Positions 58,935-64,000 of a stretch of DNA of 64,000 bases are shown here, in pieces (the first letter of the stretch is position 1; each line of letters starts with the position of its first letter). The notes below the pieces were generated by a model that did not search any database, was not told the origin of the DNA, and worked only from the letters and a program-made list of their open reading frames with translations. The position numbers and the translations under genes are program-made. Source of the DNA: an uncultured Eubacteriales bacterium (GTDB taxonomy: Bacteria > Bacillota > Clostridia > Oscillospirales > CAG-272); assembly GCA_958414825.1 (NCBI GenBank), contig CATYXQ010000005.1, forward strand, positions 1,882-65,881, in the 5' to 3' direction.

Positions 58935-61040
58935 TTACATTCTGTATTGCAGTTCCACGACGATATTGGTCACAAAGGACATCATGTTGCTGATAAGACT
59001 CGTAAACAAAATGCCGATGAACATGACAATCGCCATTCCGACAATTGTCGCCACAGTCATAACAATGTTTTTGCCAAGCGTATAGTCATGCGTCGTCTGG
59101 CTTCCAAAGAAGAGCAAAAGCCCCGTCCAGATAAAGCCGATGTTGGTAAGCAATGTCAGAATACTGGTCTCGGTTACCAGCACAGCATTGGAAATAATCG
59201 TAACCGGAAGTATCGTCAAAACAAGCGGGAACAGCGAATAACAGCTTGCCACAAAGACATCTTTTAAACTGCCTTCGCCCTCAAACAAAGTCGTCAGACA
59301 CCAGTTGGAAATCACCCACAGCATGACCGGCAGCAAAACCGAAACAGCCTGTGAAAAAATCGTAGTATAAACAGGCGTCGGCTGAACAATATATCCCCGT
59401 CCGATTGCATTATAGTAGAACGTGAGAATCGTCAGCGCCAAAATCGTTATCGCTGCCCGCACTGAGCCGCGTTTTTCATGCTTCAAATCCCAAAATCCGT
59501 CAAACGGATGATAAATCACATGGAATACATAAAGCAATTCTTCCCAATAGGTTTTCTTGCCGACTTTAAGCGCGGTATCCCGATTTTTCTTCTTTGTATA
59601 TTTGCTGAACAGTCTCCACAAAAGTATCAGTGCAATCGCGCCGACCGGAAGCAATAGGAAATAATCATTGATCCACTGCTTCCGCACTTCCTGAAAAGCG
59701 GCGGAATAATTGGACGTATCATAAGCCGCCTTATAATATTCCATAGCTTCGGTATAATTTCCCGAATTATACAGTGAACGACCGATGCCGATATAAGCAA
59801 GATCAAAGTTAGAATTGCGCTTTAAGATCTCCTGCCAGTACTCGATTGCCTTATCGAACTGACGATTCTTTTCATTTTCAACCGCAGAAATCAGAATATC
59901 GCCGTATTCCGTGCGTTTATAAACCGTGAAGAGATCATCGCTCTTGTCAAGCAGAAGCATATAATCACCCTGGTACGCGACCGCTTCAATATTGGTCAGG
60001 TTACCAAGCTGTCCGCCGCTGTCTCCAAAAGCAAAGAGCAAATGACCGTTTTGATCGTACGTGTATACTTTCTGGCGTTTTTCATCAATGACTGACCAAG
60101 TTCCGGCAGGTCCGACCGCAACGTCTATCAATCTCGATACAGTTGAAGAATCTACGTTGACTTCTCCCGCCGGTGCGAAACGCGCCAAGCGGCTCATAAC
60201 GTCCTTGCCGACCGCGTTCAGCTTTTTAACCGGATAATAGCGAGAGGATTTATTTCTGATCTGAGCATATTGATTTCTGGCGTCAATCGAAGAGGACGTT
60301 ACGTAGATAAAGCCTTCATCATCAATTGAAATGTTGTTATACTCCGTCGGAACATACGACATAGAAGATTTTCTCTGCTCCTCCGTCTGGAAGCGGCGCC
60401 AAAAAATTTCCCAAATGCTGTATGTAACTTTCTGCGCGCCGATAAATCCGGAAAAATCACCGTCCTGCGTCAGCACGATTACACCCTGATAGGTCGTAGA
60501 GGAAATAACGAAAATCCGATCGTACTGATCTACCGCAACCGCAACCGGCTTGTAGATCGATTCTTCTCCAAACAGCGCACTGGTAGGCTTACCGAGAATC
60601 CTTTCAAAATTTCCATCCCGGTCGAAAATAACAATCCGGTTTGCATCGGTATCGCAAACATAAATGCTTTTATCCGTAACAAAGACGCCCGAGGGATTGG
60701 TAAAGCTGTCCGGAATGCCCTGATCGTTAATAAAATCCGTAATTGTAAATTTCAGCTTAAAGTTCGCATCCGTAACAATTATACGATTATTGGCCGCATC
60801 CACAATATAGACGTTTCCGTCGTCATCTACAAAGAGATCACGCGGATCGTCCATGGCCGTTTCGAGGCCGATATAGGCGGAATCCACATTCATAATCGGC
60901 GTGTATACCGTAGGCGATGTACGCGGGAACCCGTCTGTACCGTAGGTATACGTCACATATGGCTCTACCGCGCTTGCCGCCGGCATCAGCACAAACAGAA
61001 GCGAAAGCGAAAGAAGAAGTATTTTTTTCAAAGTTTTCAT
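58935..61040 (-). CDS. NHL-repeat beta-propeller / TPR / Yip1-domain membrane fusion protein
   Basis: The 701-aa ORF has a signal peptide, NHL-like blades (DDGNVYIVDAANNRIIVTDANF; VFVTDKSIYVCDTDANRIVIFDRDGNF; RIFVISSTTYQGVIVLTQDG) and TPR-like helices (AIEYWQEILKRNSNFDLAYIGIGRSLYNSGNYTEAMEYYKAAY). These are followed by a TM helix and a five-TM Yip1-like C-terminus. Confidence 0.7.
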   Translation of the reverse strand: MKTLKKILLLSLSLLFVLMPAASAVEPYVTYTYGTDGFPRTSPTVYTPIMNVDSAYIGLETAMDDPRDLFVDDDGNVYIVDAANNRIIVTDANFKLKFTITDFINDQGIPDSFTNPSGVFVTDKSIYVCDTDANRIVIFDRDGNFERILGKPTSALFGEESIYKPVAVAVDQYDRIFVISSTTYQGVIVLTQDGDFSGFIGAQKVTYSIWEIFWRRFQTEEQRKSSMSYVPTEYNNISIDDEGFIYVTSSSIDARNQYAQIRNKSSRYYPVKKLNAVGKDVMSRLARFAPAGEVNVDSSTVSRLIDVAVGPAGTWSVIDEKRQKVYTYDQNGHLLFAFGDSGGQLGNLTNIEAVAYQGDYMLLLDKSDDLFTVYKRTEYGDILISAVENEKNRQFDKAIEYWQEILKRNSNFDLAYIGIGRSLYNSGNYTEAMEYYKAAYDTSNYSAAFQEVRKQWINDYFLLLPVGAIALILLWRLFSKYTKKKNRDTALKVGKKTYWEELLYVFHVIYHPFDGFWDLKHEKRGSVRAAITILALTILTFYYNAIGRGYIVQPTPVYTTIFSQAVSVLLPVMLWVISNWCLTTLFEGEGSLKDVFVASCYSLFPLVLTILPVTIISNAVLVTETSILTLLTNIGFIWTGLLLFFGSQTTHDYTLGKNIVMTVATIVGMAIVMFIGILFTSLISNMMSFVTNIVVELQYRM

Positions 61041-61056
61041 TATAGAATACCTCCCC

Positions 61057-61929
61057 TTAATCCTTCATACCGCTCGAGCCCATTGTTTCGATAATGTTGC
61101 TCTGACAGATAATAAATACGGTAATCGGCACAATCATCATTATAACCGTCGCCGCCGCGCCCACTCCGGCACGTGCAATACCGCCGGTAACAATCTGATT
61201 GATCGCATAGTTGAATGACTTCAACTGCTCGCTGTAAATGTAAATCGAACTGCCCGCGTTCCAAAGGCCTTTGAAAGACTCAATCATCAGCGTAAGCCAT
61301 GCCGGTTTAACCATCGGCATTGCAATCACCCAGAAAGTCTTGAACTCGCTGGCGCCGTCCAAACGCGCGCTCTCCAAAACCTCAGTCGAAACGCCGGTTT
61401 CCATAAATTGTTTCATCAGATACAATCCAAGCGAGGTGCAGAACGCCGGTACGATACGGGCAAGATAGGTATCCAGCCAGTGCAACGAACTCATGGTCAA
61501 GAAGTTTGCAATCGCCGTAACCGTCTGATGAAACATCAGCGAATATACAACCATGTTGAAAAAGAATTTTCTGCCCGGGAAATTCATCTTTGCCAGCGCA
61601 TAGGCTGCCATAGAGGAAAGCAAAAGGTTTCCGAATGTACCGGTGACCGAAACAAACACAGTATTGAATATGTATCTTGACAGCGGTACGTAGTTATCGC
61701 TCATCAGCGTGAACAAATCTCCGAAATTGGAGAACGTAGGATGCTGTACATAAAAGCGCGGCGGGAACATCCAGAGTTCGTCAAGCGGCTTTAGCGACTG
61801 ACAAATAACATAAAACATCGGCAAAAACATAAATGCGCCCATAAGGACAAGGAAAAGATTAATCCCGAAATCACCGCCGCCGCTGCGGCTGAGGACAACT
61901 TTATGTTTGCGCGTTCTTAATTTAGCCAT
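61057..61929 (-). CDS. carbohydrate ABC transporter permease (MalG-type), first pair
   Basis: The 290-aa ORF has the EAA loop ESARLDGASEFKTFWVIAMPMVKP. Confidence 0.88.
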   Translation of the reverse strand: MAKLRTRKHKVVLSRSGGGDFGINLFLVLMGAFMFLPMFYVICQSLKPLDELWMFPPRFYVQHPTFSNFGDLFTLMSDNYVPLSRYIFNTVFVSVTGTFGNLLLSSMAAYALAKMNFPGRKFFFNMVVYSLMFHQTVTAIANFLTMSSLHWLDTYLARIVPAFCTSLGLYLMKQFMETGVSTEVLESARLDGASEFKTFWVIAMPMVKPAWLTLMIESFKGLWNAGSSIYIYSEQLKSFNYAINQIVTGGIARAGVGAAATVIMMIVPITVFIICQSNIIETMGSSGMKD

Positions 61930-61930
61930 A

Positions 61931-62878
61931 TTACTGTCCTATCTTCGATAATCCTTTCTTTATTATTAGGTTGGCGCCAACCATGATGATAAACAATATA
62001 ACCGCGATTGCCGAAGCATATCCCATTTCGTAACGCTGTCCGCCATAGTCGTCAAGATGATGCATAATGGTATGCGCGGAATACTCAACGGACGGGAATC
62101 CGCAAAGTGCGGTTACGATACCGCCGAAACCAAACGACTGAGTAATCGAAAGCACCGCGCCAAACATAAGCTGAGGACGCATATAGGGCAATGTGATATA
62201 CCAAAGCTCCTGCCAACGGTTACGAACTCCGTCAACCGCACCGGCTTCATACAAATGCCGCGGCACGTTCTGCAAACCGGCAATGAAAGACAGAAACGCC
62301 GTACCAAGCGAGGTCCAGAGTGCAACGACGATACACAAGATCATCGTATATTTCTTATTTTCAAACCAAAGAACAGCATCGTCAATGATTCCCATATTCA
62401 GAAGCGTACCGTTAACCCAACCGTAAGAGTCGGAACTGAACAGAGTTTGCCATACAAGATACACCGAACCGGAAATAGAGGGCGCGTAGAAAATCAGCGT
62501 GACAACCGAACGCACCTTCGGGGAAAGCTCATTGATAAACCATGCGATAAAGAGCGAAAGCAGATAGGACACCGGTCCCGTAACGCAGGCAAAAACCAAC
62601 GTATTCTGCGCCGCAATCAGGAAAATGTCATCATCCAGGAACAATCGAATGTAGTTGTCCATGAAGAGGAATCTCGGCATTTCCAAAAGGTTGAAATCCG
62701 TAAAGCTGAGCACCACAGACAAAATAACCGGGAATACCGTGAAAATGAAAAACAGAATCATGAAAGGCGCGATCATCGCATACGCAACCTTGTTCTTTTT
62801 CATTTCACGCCATGTCCACTGCGCTTTCGTCATATCTTTTCTTGCCGCCGGACGCTTTACTGCCGTGTTGTTTGACAT
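61931..62878 (-). CDS. carbohydrate ABC transporter permease (MalF-type), first pair
   Basis: The 315-aa ORF has the EAA loop EAGAVDGVRNRWQELWYITLPYMRP. Confidence 0.88.
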   Translation of the reverse strand: MSNNTAVKRPAARKDMTKAQWTWREMKKNKVAYAMIAPFMILFFIFTVFPVILSVVLSFTDFNLLEMPRFLFMDNYIRLFLDDDIFLIAAQNTLVFACVTGPVSYLLSLFIAWFINELSPKVRSVVTLIFYAPSISGSVYLVWQTLFSSDSYGWVNGTLLNMGIIDDAVLWFENKKYTMILCIVVALWTSLGTAFLSFIAGLQNVPRHLYEAGAVDGVRNRWQELWYITLPYMRPQLMFGAVLSITQSFGFGGIVTALCGFPSVEYSAHTIMHHLDDYGGQRYEMGYASAIAVILFIIMVGANLIIKKGLSKIGQ

Positions 62879-62959
62879 GAATTTTTTCTCCTTTATATAA
62901 TATCCGAAATGTTAAAACCCGGAAGCCGGTAAAACCGGCTCCGGAAAAAGCGTCCGCTT

Positions 62960-64000
62960 TTATTTCAGGCCGTGTTCAGCGAGATAGTCCTGCATCTGCT
63001 GATAAACCTCCGGCGAAGTTTCATAGGTCTTTCCAAGTTCCAGCGTGGGAAGACCAAATTCTTCACGTTTTCTCGTGATTTCCTTGTTGATCGTGTTCAC
63101 ATACTTCTGCAATTCGGTAATCGGATCCTTCCCCTCATTGATGACCGCAAGATAAGCGAAGTTAATATAGCGGTCAAAAATATACGATCCGGGATAATTC
63201 GTGTACGCAGCAAGGTTATTGAACTGATCCATCAGAGCCTCATATTCCTGCGTCGTCCACGGCATCTCTGCCAGCGCATACATATTTGCAGTGTTGTATT
63301 TTGCCGCCTGACCGATTGTCGTAACAAGATCGCTGCCGTACGCAGCCTGTGCCTCATGTCCGCAATACCAGCGAATAAATTCCCATGCGCTCTGTTCATC
63401 TTTTACGCCGTGCAGCAGAATGGTCGCCGCAACATTGTTGAAAGCATCATAGTTTACCGTGCCATCCTCGCGTATCGATCCGGGCAGCGGAACCATCTCC
63501 CAAAGACCGTTGATTTCAGTAGCAAAAACAGTCAATTGATTGTATGTCGTAGAATAATCGGCAATCAAAATCGGCATCTCTCCCGTTCTAAAACGGTTCG
63601 GCCCGTCAAACTTGTTCGGGAAAGAATAATCCGTATAGAAACGAGTATATTTTTCAAACGCTTCAAGTGCAATATTGGAATCCAGGTCGCAGCGCAGACC
63701 GTCATCTGCATAACGGTCGCCGCCCATTTGGAACAGGAATATATCGTACTGCCGGTTCAAGCCGATTGACATATTATTGGCCTGCAGCACGGGCAACATA
63801 GACAGCACGTCGTCCCAGGTCTTCGGAATCTCAAGTCCCAGATTCGCCAGAATATCAATGCGCACAAACATCATCATAAAGCCCGCGCGCTCCGGCATAC
63901 CGTAGGTCGATCCGTACAGCGTAACCGGTACGAGCGTCTCGGTATTGAACTCTTTGACAAGCTCATCAAAGCCCTCATAATCGTTCAGCGGCAACGTTGC
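62960..64000 (-). CDS. extracellular solute-binding protein (CUT1-type), C-terminal part; the gene continues beyond the window
   Basis: The frame is open to the window edge and the TTG at 63994 is only an ORF-caller start. The sequence is SBP-like (…TWDDVLSMLPVLQANNMSIGL…, …WEFIRWYCGHEAQAAYG…). Confidence 0.75.
   Translation of the reverse strand, partial: ATLPLNDYEGFDELVKEFNTETLVPVTLYGSTYGMPERAGFMMMFVRIDILANLGLEIPKTWDDVLSMLPVLQANNMSIGLNRQYDIFLFQMGGDRYADDGLRCDLDSNIALEAFEKYTRFYTDYSFPNKFDGPNRFRTGEMPILIADYSTTYNQLTVFATEINGLWEMVPLPGSIREDGTVNYDAFNNVAATILLHGVKDEQSAWEFIRWYCGHEAQAAYGSDLVTTIGQAAKYNTANMYALAEMPWTTQEYEALMDQFNNLAAYTNYPGSYIFDRYINFAYLAVINEGKDPITELQKYVNTINKEITRKREEFGLPTLELGKTYETSPEVYQQMQDYLAEHGLK

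Overview
The window reads as chromosomal DNA from a Gram-positive anaerobe, probably Clostridia. Supporting signs are SLH-anchored surface proteins, rubrerythrin, single-chain PurL, a preQ1-I riboswitch in front of QueT, and GGAGG-type ribosome-binding sites. No CRISPR array, IS element, integrase or recognisable defence system was seen.

Contents by position:
- 0-8 kb, housekeeping: ispF/ispD, gpsA, ligA, plsY and neighbours.
- 8.2-18.8 kb: a purE-purF-purM-purN-purD-purL-fhs operon behind a consensus promoter and a ZTP (pfl) riboswitch with an overlapping terminator.
- 19.1-19.7 kb: queT behind a preQ1-I riboswitch.
- 19.8-28.5 kb, accessory: two tandem paralogous giant surface proteins. Each has three beta-helix-like modules plus a GH43 domain. 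One is lipoprotein-anchored and the other SLH-anchored. A decayed third GH43 fragment follows.
- 28.5-32.9 kb: a MerR/GyrI regulator with a textbook 19-bp-spacer palindromic promoter driving a divergent YitT-like membrane protein, then NUDIX, MBL, luxS and mntP.
- 32.9-36.1 kb: a YdjI/YdjG/YdjH-like membrane module (SPFH-like, zinc-ribbon and TPM proteins) with no PspA partner.
- 36.4-42.2 kb: a redox/persulfide-type cluster (Crp/Fnr, trxA, rhodanese, CoA-disulfide-reductase-rhodanese fusion, rubrerythrin) and a MATE pump, bracketed by two tRNA-Ser genes.
- 42.3-50.9 kb, housekeeping: a radical SAM protein, an EF-G paralog, an XRE-S24 repressor, coaW-like, HAD, cca, and tRNA-Met/tRNA-Glu.
- 51.1-53.0 kb: an orphan 627-aa cytoplasmic protein of unknown function.
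- 53.8-64.0 kb: the best candidate for an undescribed system. It is one tightly packed minus-strand operon containing one solute-binding protein, two complete pairs of CUT1-type ABC permeases, a 701-aa NHL-propeller/TPR/Yip1 membrane fusion and a 1017-aa secreted protein of unknown function. No ATPase gene lies within the window.

All calls rest on reading the ORF translations and the DNA by eye. No database search was run.
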